From a virus (lineage: Duplodnaviria > Caudoviricetes), in IMG/VR virus record IMGVR_UViG_3300021426_000005: a stretch of DNA of 64,000 bases; one strand, given 5' to 3'. The translations under genes and the position numbers were made by a program. Under the pieces are notes generated by a model. That model searched no databases. It saw only the letters and a list, made by a program, of their open reading frames with translations, and was not told where the DNA came from. Positions 49,831-60,815 of this stretch are shown here, in pieces; the first letter of the stretch is position 1; the number at the start of each line of letters is the position of its first letter.

Positions 49831-51004
49831 TTATTTGCTAAGAATTCTATTAACTTCTTTCTCAAGTTCGTCAATGGAATATACTTGTTTAGAGCGATTT
49901 CCAGCCACATTCCTCACGATTACGGTACCGTCTTCTCTGATAAATACCTGCGCAGATGTCCACTTTTTAGGGTCAGATCGTAATAGATAGTTCTTACCGT
50001 CCATAGTCCAGGCTTCTTTAACATCGTAGGGACTAGATTCCACCCAATCTACAGCAACATCATAAGTGAGTTCATTTGTAGGGGCGACATAATTAGGATT
50101 ATTGATTCTGCGCTTGATAACTTTAGCGTTATAGCCATTGTCGATGTAGTCCCTAACATCTTGTTTTGCCAGCTTCAAGGATTCTGAAGATGTGTCATCA
50201 TATACAGCTATATCTTCCCAACCATAGCCAGGAACATATTCCTGTGAAACATACACTTCTATCTTTTTAGCATTTCGAGCGGATTTAATATACCGTTTCA
50301 TTGTAGTATTCACTCCTATAGAAAATATTAGTAACACCCTTATTACTGGAGTGTTGCTCTTTTCAGTTCTTCGAGGTTGTCAATAACGTGTAAGGAAGTA
50401 ATTCAGGCAACCTGTAACGATTTCATCATAAGTATGGGTGAAATCAAAGTCGTCCTGAATGTACTCCCCACCATCTTTCACAAGCCATATGTCATACCTA
50501 TCATCAGGATCTGGTGGGATAAGTTTGAATCTTGCATAGACATCACCATCATCAAATCTGATGATGACCTCTCTATCTGAAACCTCAACACCGTAGCCGA
50601 GGTCCTTAATTTTTTGGTACTGCCAAGAATCTTCCCAATTCTCACGGGAAGATTTGATGTATCTTTTCATAGAATTACCCCTTTCCCGCTCAAAGTTTTG
50701 CTACCGTAGCATCAGCAGAATTGCCGACATAGAGTTCGCCAGTATCTTTGTCTTCGATAAGGATACCAGAACGATAACCATTGGTATCATTCCAGGCAAT
50801 GCCTATGATCTCATAGTTCATTTCCATAGGATCAAATGTACCAGCCATATCTTCTGCAATACCGGAAGCTACCATATCCCTGAGTTCTTTTCTGGTGAAT
50901 AGGTACTTACCGGGGAATCTGCTTGTCTGCTTGCCGTATTTCTTTCCGTTAGGTGCTTTCCATGCGGAAGCCATTACGGAAGTGGATTTGATATATCGTT
51001 TCAT
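49831..51004 (-). CDS. three unrelated proteins each starting MKRYIKS (49831..50301, 50380..50670, 50690..51004)
   Basis: Identical 7-aa starts followed by unrelated bodies. Confidence 0.75.
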
Positions 51005-51903
51005 CAGTATTCCTCCTCCCCAGAAATTGCATTGATAGCACGCTCTACAACATCATTTATCCGATCATTGTTATCTATATCTGTAAGATATTCCGGTACC
51101 ACAACATTAGCCCATTCTTCTGGATCAACATCAATACCGCGATCATCACATACACTTAATACCATATTCTGCATTAAGGCATCAAGGTTTTCGTATAATA
51201 GTATGCTGTAATATTCAGACTGACACATCTGAAGCATCCTAACCATATCAGTTGTACCGTCAAGTAAGCCATTAACTGCCGCTTCTTCATATGCACCGCT
51301 TTCCCAAATTTCATATGCAGATTTGAACAAACTATCATAATAAATATCTACTTCACTATTTGCTTGTTCTGCAATTGCATCTCCAATATATGCGTCACTA
51401 TCGGAGTAGTTATATACAAACCCGTCTAGGCAGTTTTCTGGGGCAAGATGTTCATACGGATAAAAGTCATATTCTGCGTTTAGTACGTTATTGGTTGCAG
51501 CCATGATAGTCTTCCTTCCTTTACGCCTTGTGGAAGCCTGTACATCGTCTTCGTACATGATTTCGTCCTCGTAGTAGTCTCTCAGTTCTTCGGCAATAGC
51601 CTTCCTCGTAGCAGGACTGAGCATTGCAACTGATCCTCTACCAGAGCCGAATTCTTTGTCGTATCTTCTTACACCTTCGTCTGCAACATACTGCCAGAGC
51701 TTAACCGCAAGATCACGGTCATACTTGCCCTTCTTGTACTTACGCTTCAGATTTTCGATTGCCGGAGTGATACGCTCACGGTAAAGATCTCCATCATTTG
51801 TGATAGTAAGCACCAGCTCATCTACATCTTCTCTGGAAACCTGAGATCTGTCTACGGCAGCCGCCTTGACCGGTCTGTTATAAGCACGGTTTATCTTTTT
51901 CAT
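51004..51903 (-). CDS. two-domain polyprotein-like ORF; C-terminal domain Ocr (T7 gp0.3)-like
   Basis: RPVKAA leader, VQASTRRKGRKTIMAA linker; DAIAEQANSEVDIYY...GLLDGTTDMVRMLQ...E. Confidence 0.65.
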   Translation of the reverse strand: MKKINRAYNRPVKAAAVDRSQVSREDVDELVLTITNDGDLYRERITPAIENLKRKYKKGKYDRDLAVKLWQYVADEGVRRYDKEFGSGRGSVAMLSPATRKAIAEELRDYYEDEIMYEDDVQASTRRKGRKTIMAATNNVLNAEYDFYPYEHLAPENCLDGFVYNYSDSDAYIGDAIAEQANSEVDIYYDSLFKSAYEIWESGAYEEAAVNGLLDGTTDMVRMLQMCQSEYYSILLYENLDALMQNMVLSVCDDRGIDVDPEEWANVVVPEYLTDIDNNDRINDVVERAINAISGEEEY

Positions 51904-52216
51904 AAGTAAGTTCCTCCTTAATAAAGTGGTTGTGTTATAGTTACCTATAACACTATATAAGGTTACAAGCCGTGTTTTTTGCATTTCACGATGTAGATAT
52001 CGGTCGCAAAGTTATATCATTTTTGCACATATCGCACTTGAATGTGTGGGGCTTTCTACCTAAAAGGTATAGGTTTTCTGTATGATATTCCAGACCGCAA
52101 TGAGGGCATTTGTACACCGGATCATTAGAATCATCACTGACACATATTGTTTCTTTTGCATCAGGATCTATCGGCCAGTCTAACGGATTATAGAAATGTA
52201 ACATATCACCAGCCCC

Positions 52217-53101
52217 TTACAGTATTGAAAGCCGGTCCGCAGTCTGAAGCATAGTAACCATGGGATATTTTTCATTAGCATCCATGAGATCATGTTTCTG
52301 AGCATCAGATACATCATACTCATTCATGTGCCAGCGGATAGCTAAAGCCTGCTCTGTTGTCAGCTTGAATATCTTCATAGCAATGAACATGGAAGTTACA
52401 CCATGACCGAATGGAAGTGAAGAACCTTTGTACTTATAAGCAAGCTGCTGTTCCCATACACCAGTTTCTTCATTCTTGACGTTCTTCTTGTAGGGCTGGT
52501 AGAAATCAATCTTACACCAATCATGGCAGATAGCAGCCAGAATAGCCTGAGCCAGATCAACTTCTGCATAAGTATCTATGGTGCTGAGTTCGATTATCTT
52601 ATCTACAACCTTGAGGGTGTGTTTTGCAAGACCACCTGGGCAGCAGTCATGATATATGGTACTTGCCGGAGCTATAAAGAAATCGGTACTTTCAAGCCAC
52701 TGAATAGCTCTTGTTACATACTTCTTAGCTGTATCATCATTGCCATGGGTGGCATAACAGCAAGCTATGATATAGTTTTCCAGCTCCTCCTTGATAAGTT
52801 TGATCTGCTCCTGATTAGGATCATCTTTTGCTAACAGCTCCTGGCTAACCCTACCACCGATGTAAACTTCCGGTCTGAACATGGTAAACCGAGTGAAGTT
52901 CTCCATAACCTCCGGAATATCATCAGCGCCGAATGTTTCATCAGCAGGTATGAAATGAGGCTCATGCTGGTCATCAGGGACTATAGTACCTACTTTAGAA
53001 TTATCGGAAGTCATCGTTACGGTCCAGGAATCTGATATTCCTATACGCTTGAACCAGTATGCGAATGATTCCTTAAAAGACATTGTATTGATGTTAAACA
53101 T
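52217..53101 (-). CDS. HD-domain phosphohydrolase
   Basis: APAS..YH....GGLAKHT, AICHDWCK, GHG, IRWHM, ADR. Confidence 0.85.
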   Translation of the reverse strand: MFNINTMSFKESFAYWFKRIGISDSWTVTMTSDNSKVGTIVPDDQHEPHFIPADETFGADDIPEVMENFTRFTMFRPEVYIGGRVSQELLAKDDPNQEQIKLIKEELENYIIACCYATHGNDDTAKKYVTRAIQWLESTDFFIAPASTIYHDCCPGGLAKHTLKVVDKIIELSTIDTYAEVDLAQAILAAICHDWCKIDFYQPYKKNVKNEETGVWEQQLAYKYKGSSLPFGHGVTSMFIAMKIFKLTTEQALAIRWHMNEYDVSDAQKHDLMDANEKYPMVTMLQTADRLSIL

Positions 53102-53254
53102 AAAATCAACTCCTTCATATACATTAACGATTTATATAAACTAGCAATACCGTACTTGTATCTTCACTATAATTATACAATACCGTACATAGTGTGTCAA
53201 TTGGTATAACGACCAAAAAGAAACTGCCGATATTGTTCATATCGGCAGCAAATG

Positions 53255-54391
53255 TCAATCTTCGGTATATCTTGAAGGATCATACTCAAACTTCACCAGA
53301 TCTGTGATGAATTTTCCTATTTCCTCCCACTTACCCAAGAAGTAATGTATACTATCATAGTAATCCATATCCTCTTGTTTAAGCTCTGGGAATTTCAGAT
53401 TTGGTGTGAAGTAGTAGATGCCATCATCGGGATCCTGATTGGTAGTGACCGTAATTTCTGGTAGATACTTTGCATCACTACCCTTAGCTTTTAGGGTTAT
53501 CTGCAAATCATCAGATACTTCCATATCATAGTCGTTTCTGTCAGCAGACTTCCACAGTTCAAGAAATGGTCCGTCAATCAGAGCATCAGAACTCTGAGCT
53601 GCGGTTATAGGTCTTTTTGTAATTTTCATTGTGTATCACCTCAATCAATTATAATCGGAATTCTGTTTACTACTGTGATATAGTTATCACTATATCCAGA
53701 AGCGTGTGTATAATATCTGTTATCGATCCAGTTGTTGCCGATAGCGTCATCCCAGCCATACTTTGCATATCTCAAAGCCCGCTGGAACATCTTATAAGAC
53801 GGATCGTTTATCAGCTTATCTCTCCAACGCTCTGCGGTTTTTCTGTCCTTATATACGATCAGATTATATCGTGCAGAGTAATTGTCCTGGGTCATTACAC
53901 CGAACTCAGGCTGATCTTCTTCGTAAGCAAAAGCTACATCATAGTCATTTGCTTTTATGTATCTTTTCATAATAGCACCTCACTTAAACTTAGTGTCTGT
54001 CCCAGAAATTCCAGCCAGATCCATCCGATCCAGAATTTCTTCCTCTGTTAGCTTTAGCTTCAAAAGTGGATTGTGTATCTAACCACAATGGTTCATCACA
54101 ATATACACCCCTTGATGCTAGTTTCGTAGCAACATCATATGTACTGCCAGTTTTCAATTTATACCAAGGTGAATCTAACATAGCCCAATCAGTATCTGTT
54201 ATTTTGCTAAAATAACAATTTCCGGCATCCCAATCCATACCTATGACTGCACCTATCGGAAACCTATTCAAAACAGCTTCGTATTCCTGGATGTCAGCAT
54301 AAGTAGTCTTTGAATATCCAGGAAATACAGGTAAATTGTTTAATTCCGTCAGTATACTTTCTTCTTTAGAACACCGAATATATCTTTTCAT
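53255..54391 (-). CDS. three leader-bearing hypothetical proteins (53255..53629, 53641..53970, 53990..54391)
   Basis: Starts MKITKRPITAA, MKRYIKAN, MKRYIRCS. Confidence 0.7.
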
Positions 54392-54400
54392 AACAGCACC

Positions 54401-54886
54401 TCACTTAAACATATTGTTATCCCAATCCCCGGTATAGTCAAGCATAGCCTTTCTACTGGGAATGGTTTGAATCTCATGATACTTTATTCCCCATTTGTTG
54501 ATCTTCAATACGTTCAGGGAATGTTTCTTCTTCTCTTTAATAAGATAATCGATATCCCTTATGTCAAGAATGAAAGCTCTTTGATAAGAAGCGAACAGAA
54601 CTATGATCACCCCATAAGTACCTTCTATCTTCGACTTTTTCAGAAGATTGTCATACTGATAGTCGGTTATCATTGAGAAGTCAAATCTATCGGCATAAGT
54701 GGCTTTGCTTTCGATGTAGAACATATTAGGTTTCTTATACAGCGTGAAGTCACAGATGTTCTTACTGCCTACAAATCCTGTCATTTGGTCCTTTATTCTA
54801 TCAAAAGAATACCCTTCTTCTGGTCGGTCTAACCAGGCTTCTATCTTAGCTTCTGCCTTTTTACCTAACAGATCATCTCTTACCAT
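54401..54886 (-). CDS. RecU-like Holliday junction resolvase (PD-(D/E)xK)
   Basis: GKKAE...ICDF......YIESKAT....F....I.DYQ. Confidence 0.7.
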   Translation of the reverse strand: MVRDDLLGKKAEAKIEAWLDRPEEGYSFDRIKDQMTGFVGSKNICDFTLYKKPNMFYIESKATYADRFDFSMITDYQYDNLLKKSKIEGTYGVIIVLFASYQRAFILDIRDIDYLIKEKKKHSLNVLKINKWGIKYHEIQTIPSRKAMLDYTGDWDNNMFK

Positions 54887-55038
54887 AGTTCCTATCTCCT
54901 ATATATACATTAACGACCGGACAAATAAAGAAATGGTGAGTTCCCATTGTTTAGGAACTCACCATTATATAAGGTTATTTATTACATATTGTGATGAATA
55001 GGTTTGTGGTCAACTGTCTTTGAGTCAGAGAATGATTC

Positions 55039-55554
55039 CTAAAATCGCCCCGCGCTCCAATAGCCATCTATGGCTCTTTTAGCCGCCTTTAGTGTGGAAT
55101 CGGTTTCCCACATAACTTCATCAGTTTTGGGATCTATTGTATACCACCGCTTATTTTCATAGTTATAGTGTATGTTGAATCCTCGATATTCATACAAATC
55201 TTCACCTATACGCTTGGCTGTAGGTCTTTCACCACAATAATACTTAATTGCTGCTCTGTCGGGATTCGATAACATATCAGATTCCAATAGGTATGATAAG
55301 TTATCCTTCTCTGTAAAATTGAGCCTAATAATGCCTGTAAATGGGGTAGTTGATAAAGCCTTTACAGCCTTTTTATGTATAGCTAAAAACGGACCCTCTT
55401 CATAGCCCTCTAATATAACTCGCAACGTGTCAAGACGATTCCACCTTTTTATGAACTCATCTTTGGATAAGTTGGAATATATTACATCACCGTTCTTAAA
55501 TGTATATTGGTATCTTGCGTTGGGCTTAGAATCGCTTTTTATGTAGCGCATCAT
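55039..55554 (-). CDS. hypothetical protein with MMRYIKS leader
   Basis: ORF track; ends in YEYRGF...TLKAAKRAID module. Confidence 0.65.
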   Translation of the reverse strand: MMRYIKSDSKPNARYQYTFKNGDVIYSNLSKDEFIKRWNRLDTLRVILEGYEEGPFLAIHKKAVKALSTTPFTGIIRLNFTEKDNLSYLLESDMLSNPDRAAIKYYCGERPTAKRIGEDLYEYRGFNIHYNYENKRWYTIDPKTDEVMWETDSTLKAAKRAIDGYWSAGRF

Positions 55555-55659
55555 ATGATCGCTTCCTTTCATAATGATTATACCATAACAGCAGTATATT
55601 GTCAGTAGTAAATATCAACAATATACTGCTGTTCATTTTAGTTATTAAGTTATCAGTTA

Positions 55660-56631
55660 TTATTCATATGCCTCTGCTTTGTCATTGTACTCAGCGATAA
55701 GATCATTGACGTTACGGCTGTTTATCTGGCTATCGATTGCGGAAGCATCATCAAGCACCTGATTGAAGTAGCTTTCGCCGTACTTATCATATACAGCCTT
55801 AAACTCGGGAGAAAGCTGATTTACCATGTTGCGACCAACATTGTAAAGTGTATCAGCAATATCTACAAGAGCTTTATGCTCTGAATTGATGTATCCGTCC
55901 TCTACATCAGCCCAATCCCTTAGTATCAGGAGCATACTTACAAGATCATAGGGGATTTTTCCAGAATATGCAGCCTTTATAGCTTTACAACCTGATCTTT
56001 TTCTACTACTTACTACAGCACCTTTACGTCTTGAAGATTTTACTGATTTCTTACCACATGATCCGGTAACAGACTCTTCTGATACAAGGTTATCCAGATA
56101 TTCTAAAGTCTGGTATGCAAAATCAGCAGGGGTAAAGCAAGAACTCAGGTCATCGGTTTCTTGCCATTCATCATTGAAATAATCATCAGGGTATTCACGA
56201 ATAATATCTTCTGCTGTGATAGTATCGGTAGTATCACCATTCATATACCAATTGTAAGCATCTTCATAGCAATACTCCCGGAACTCATCCCAGGTCATTA
56301 TCTTATAGCAGTTATCCATCTGGATATTAGATGCCTTTACTGGTCTTGTGGAAGCCTTAACAAAGGGATCTTTGATAGATTCCGTTCTGCCGTAGTCATC
56401 GGGATTTTCGCCGTTCTTAGTGATGAGTACATCAATGTAGTTGTTGCCGTTAGAATTGAGAAATCCTAGCAGTTCATCTTCGGTCATAGATTTGATTCCT
56501 GGACCAGCACTGCCCCAGGTTTTCCATGTATTATCTTCGTCCAGAACCCATAGGATATCGTCAGGTGCATATCCAGCTCTAATAGATCTGTGGTTAGCAT
56601 TTTTATTGATTTTCTTACAATATATCTTCAT
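55660..56631 (-). CDS. three-domain polyprotein-like ORF with basic linkers
   Basis: RSIRAG leader; FVKASTRPVKAS; VTGSCGKKSVKSSRRK...KAIKAA. Confidence 0.7.
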   Translation of the reverse strand: MKIYCKKINKNANHRSIRAGYAPDDILWVLDEDNTWKTWGSAGPGIKSMTEDELLGFLNSNGNNYIDVLITKNGENPDDYGRTESIKDPFVKASTRPVKASNIQMDNCYKIMTWDEFREYCYEDAYNWYMNGDTTDTITAEDIIREYPDDYFNDEWQETDDLSSCFTPADFAYQTLEYLDNLVSEESVTGSCGKKSVKSSRRKGAVVSSRKRSGCKAIKAAYSGKIPYDLVSMLLILRDWADVEDGYINSEHKALVDIADTLYNVGRNMVNQLSPEFKAVYDKYGESYFNQVLDDASAIDSQINSRNVNDLIAEYNDKAEAYE

Positions 56632-56648
56632 ATGCTATACCTCCAGTA

Positions 56649-58225
56649 TTAGTATACAGATAGTCCGAATGCTTCGGCTTCGTCTTCTGTCATCATATGT
56701 GTAATAGCACCAACATTAAGCCTTACCCAAAGATGTGCCGTGAATAATTCAAGTTCACCACGCTTCCAGGCTTCAAGCTCCTCCTGAGTTGGAATATCAT
56801 TGTCCGCATTTACTGTAGCATCTGTCTGCAATGAACCATCCAGAAATACATAGTCTTTGATGTCATCTGAAAAGATGAAGCTACTTTCAGCTATATCATC
56901 GATTAGGTCCTGTGCAGTCCTAAATGAATCTGCAATTGTGAAAGTCCAAGAATTGACTTGTTCGCCTTCACCCTGTTCATAGCTATCAACCATAACGTCA
57001 ACATAGCAATCAGAAGGTACATATATTCTGAGGTTGCTTATGTCAGCAGCACCCATGATGGAGCTTGCTTTTACAGACTTCTTAGACTTATTGCATTTAA
57101 TCTTCATAATCTTCATCCCCCTCATTACGACCATACCACTCCCTGAAATCATACATACGGAACATATATGCCAGTGATTCTGCAAGTTCATCTGTGGAAA
57201 GTCCCTGAATGATCTCTGCATCTACAGTTTCCTTGCCAAGATAATCACAGGCGAATTCATATGCTTCCCATGCCTCTGACTCCTCTACGACCCAGCCGTA
57301 GCTTTCTGCTGACTTGATAGGTCTTCTACATCTGGGATTCTGTGAAGCGCTTACAGCTCTGCGTTTGTTTCTTATTATCTTCATAATATCAACACTCCTT
57401 ATCTTATAATGCTTATCTTATAATGCTTGCAGCTTCAAGGAGATCCTGAAGATTATTGTATTCAGTCTTTTCTCCATAAGCATCTATAACATATCCTGAA
57501 CCTAAGTCCACATTGATGTATGCTGTATCACCCATGCCGTTATCGTAATCAAATTCATCAAGTCTACCGTTATGGGGTGTTGCACCGATAAGGGGCAGTC
57601 CAGCACAAAGCAGTTCTCCGATGTCATATTCGTCCCAAGTATAAAGATCATCACAAAGACGGTTTGCATCTTCTGCCGTGTTGACTTCATAATTGAAAGG
57701 AAGCTCATACATATTACCTGCTGGATTCCACCAGACGTAGGCTTCGTGTGTATCATCATTGTATGTACAGCCGAAACCAAGCCACATATACTTATCCCAC
57801 CAAGGTGTAGGTTCATTAGCATACTCAAAACCATTAGCCTCAAGTATTTTTATCACATTTGCATTGCTTCTGTCAGCCTCTCCCTTAATAGGGCGCTTAT
57901 TAGATTTATTCATGTAAATCTTCATATTGACACTCCTTTACAACATAAACGGTATTTCCAGAAGCCTTACTCTGAATACATCTGAAATGTCAGGTTTACC
58001 AAATTCTAAACCTTCGGTTTTGTCTATCAAGGCTTCTATCTCAGATATATCTTCGTAGTAAACTTCACCAAGGAAGCACTGACCATCCAGATCTATCTGA
58101 GCTTCTTTTACACATTCCAGAGAGTTTAGCTGCTGGACGAAATCCAGCAGCAACTCTATTTCATCTTGTGGATAATCTGTGATCAGATCCGGATCCACAA
58201 ATAACTTGAACTTATTGTATTCCAT
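56649..58225 (-). CDS. four acidic hypothetical proteins (56649..57107, 57097..57384, 57413..57925, 57938..58225); first three carry basic leaders
   Basis: KKSVKASSIMGAA; RRAVSAS...RRPIKSA; KRPIKGEA. Confidence 0.7.
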
Positions 58226-58230
58226 AAGCC

Positions 58231-60807
58231 TTAGATGTTTGTTATCGCATTGTAGATAGCCTCTGCGGCAGGCTTTGCAATACCCTTAACATACTCTTCG
58301 ATAGCTTCCATATCGTAGTTGTTAGGATCAAGATTGCTTGAATTCCAGATAAGTTCAACCTTATCGATCTCATTACCCTTTACATAGATATAGAATTCAA
58401 GTTCTCCGACTTCCTTACCACCACGGAAATCATAGTGGTAGGCATCAGGCAGAGCATATGATACAACGTCTATATCATCAGTATCGAATGTAGCACTGAT
58501 TGTATAAGTAACGCCTACATATGTGCTAGAAGCATAATACTCAAAGGTATCTTCCATGATAGTAGCGTATTCATCAACCTTAGCAAGCTCAGTTGTAGGA
58601 AGAACTTCACGCTCTGCGATTCTGTAGAGTTCATCTACCGTAGACTCAGATATTGCTTCTCCATTGGAATCGAAGCCATAACCGTAGTCTTCGTCTTCGC
58701 CATTGATAGGCTCAAGGTCTTCATAGGTAGCCGCTTCAACAGTCTTACCAGCTACACTCTTTACAGCGGCAGCCAGCTCCTCCGCATCATCATCTTCATC
58801 ACCAAGAATAGGTGTGATCTCATCGGTAGGCTGAATATACACTACATCATCTTCGGTACCGTCATAGAATGACAGTGCTTCATCTGTAACTGCACAGCCG
58901 ATACCTTCGTATCCGTCATCGTGAAGAATACCAAGGGTCATATCTGCAAGCATCTGATTGTACTCTGCTGCTGAGATATTTTCTGATGCACACTTTACCG
59001 ACTTAGCATCACTTCTTCTCACGGTAGAAGCTGTGATACCATTAGCAAGGAAACTACCTAATCCATTCTGGAAATCCGTATATGCCTTTATGCGGCTATC
59101 TTCATAGGCATCACGAATTTCAGATAGTCTTTCAAGCCATTCAGGTGTCAAATATTGATCATCAAAGTCAACCTGCGGTGCATAGATTTGTCTGTTACCA
59201 GGGTAAAGCTGAATATAGAACTCATTTCCGTTTACAGCATTCTGATTGTATATGTAGTTTACCGGATCTTCATCAAGCGGATTAGCGAGATCTGCTTCAA
59301 GCATTTCCTCATACAAGTCATGATCCATAGCATCAAGGAAAAACCAAAAATCAGTTTCAACAGCTTCGGGACTCAAACCAGCATCTACTGACCAATCATC
59401 CGGACCGTTGTACTTCACACTGTCAGTATTCAGCCAAGCACCACTACTGGGATCCTGAAGGAAAGCATCTACATATTCCAGCATATCGCTGTCTTCAAAG
59501 CCGTCGTACTCATAAGAATCATTCAGCATATCATTGACATCTTCTTCAGAAGACTCCCATGTATCTGCCTTTATAGCCTTACGTCTGATTTTCGATGTAC
59601 ACTTCACTGACTTAGTACCAGTCACCTCTTCTGTAGCAGGGAAGATCTCAAAATCGAGAATACCGTCTCCATCTTCGTAGTTATTTTCATCATCTACGAA
59701 ATCATAGTATATAAGCTCACAGAATGTATAAGCTGTCTCAGAAGCATCACCATATTCATCATCGAACAGAGGGTCGCCGAACTGATTACACCACTCCTGG
59801 AATTTCAGTCGGGTCTCATCGTCCTGACAGAGTGGAAGTATAGCATCATACATATCAGCTCCTGGCTGACCTTCATATATCTTCTCGCCGTTGAAGTACA
59901 TTACAATGTCTCCACCCTCATACCAAGCGGCAGTTACTTTAGTGCCGTTTCTTCTCTTGGTAGAAGCACCAATACCCATTGACTTCCAGACTTTATCCCT
60001 GAAATCTGCGATTTCGTTTGTTACAACGAACTCACCATCAAAATTCTCAGCATAAACGTCAGGATCAATGTCTATCATATCACCGGTCTTGAAGTAAATG
60101 ATATTAACATACAAGCCCTGCATGAGAAGTTCATGTGCATAACTTTCTACTTCTGACCATTCATCAGGTCCGAAATATCTATCTGCGTATGCACCGCTGC
60201 GATTTGAACCAAGGTATCCGGTTACTGCGAAACCGTTTTCATTCCACGAAGCCTTTACAGCCCTACGTCTTTTAGCTGACTTAGAAGCCTTAATATTGAA
60301 CTTTCTTTTATAAACAGACCCACCTATAGGGGATGCGTATTTACGTCCCTTAAAAGTGAATGTAGCCGTACCATCGAGAGCTGCTTGCTTTGCTTCTTCA
60401 GGAGTATCATAAATCTCTTTAGATATATCCCATGCAAATTCACCATTTTCAGCTTCATTCATAGATCTACGAATTCTATACCCATATGGACGTTTAACTA
60501 CCCGAAGCTGCGCCCCATCATCATCTTTGAGAACGATTTCAGCATCATTTTCACGAACAAGCTCCGCACCGGCTTTTACAGATTTCTTACCACAAGCAGA
60601 TTCAACTACTTCGTAGCCCTTCTTCTTAGCCCAGGCTATCGCACCCTTTTTACTTTTCCAATTGTTAGGGGCAGAAGTAAGAACCTGATTATCCTCTGCA
60701 TTTTTCAAACCGTAATACTCTCCGGATTGACCCTTATTGATAACATAAGGAGTGACCTTGAGGGTAGAACTGTTGGAAGAAGCAGTTACTTTGAATTTTC
60801 TCATCAT
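58231..60807 (-). CDS. seven-module polyprotein-like ORF: mostly acidic domains joined by basic [VI]x[ASC] linkers
   Basis: KVTAS; KKSVKAG; IKAS..RRRAVKAS; IGAS.KRR..KVTAA; SVKC..RRKAIKAD; ITAS..RR..SVKCAS..ISAA; VKS..KTVEAA. Confidence 0.75.
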   Translation of the reverse strand: MMRKFKVTASSNSSTLKVTPYVINKGQSGEYYGLKNAEDNQVLTSAPNNWKSKKGAIAWAKKKGYEVVESACGKKSVKAGAELVRENDAEIVLKDDDGAQLRVVKRPYGYRIRRSMNEAENGEFAWDISKEIYDTPEEAKQAALDGTATFTFKGRKYASPIGGSVYKRKFNIKASKSAKRRRAVKASWNENGFAVTGYLGSNRSGAYADRYFGPDEWSEVESYAHELLMQGLYVNIIYFKTGDMIDIDPDVYAENFDGEFVVTNEIADFRDKVWKSMGIGASTKRRNGTKVTAAWYEGGDIVMYFNGEKIYEGQPGADMYDAILPLCQDDETRLKFQEWCNQFGDPLFDDEYGDASETAYTFCELIYYDFVDDENNYEDGDGILDFEIFPATEEVTGTKSVKCTSKIRRKAIKADTWESSEEDVNDMLNDSYEYDGFEDSDMLEYVDAFLQDPSSGAWLNTDSVKYNGPDDWSVDAGLSPEAVETDFWFFLDAMDHDLYEEMLEADLANPLDEDPVNYIYNQNAVNGNEFYIQLYPGNRQIYAPQVDFDDQYLTPEWLERLSEIRDAYEDSRIKAYTDFQNGLGSFLANGITASTVRRSDAKSVKCASENISAAEYNQMLADMTLGILHDDGYEGIGCAVTDEALSFYDGTEDDVVYIQPTDEITPILGDEDDDAEELAAAVKSVAGKTVEAATYEDLEPINGEDEDYGYGFDSNGEAISESTVDELYRIAEREVLPTTELAKVDEYATIMEDTFEYYASSTYVGVTYTISATFDTDDIDVVSYALPDAYHYDFRGGKEVGELEFYIYVKGNEIDKVELIWNSSNLDPNNYDMEAIEEYVKGIAKPAAEAIYNAITNI

Positions 60808-60815
60808 TAAACACC

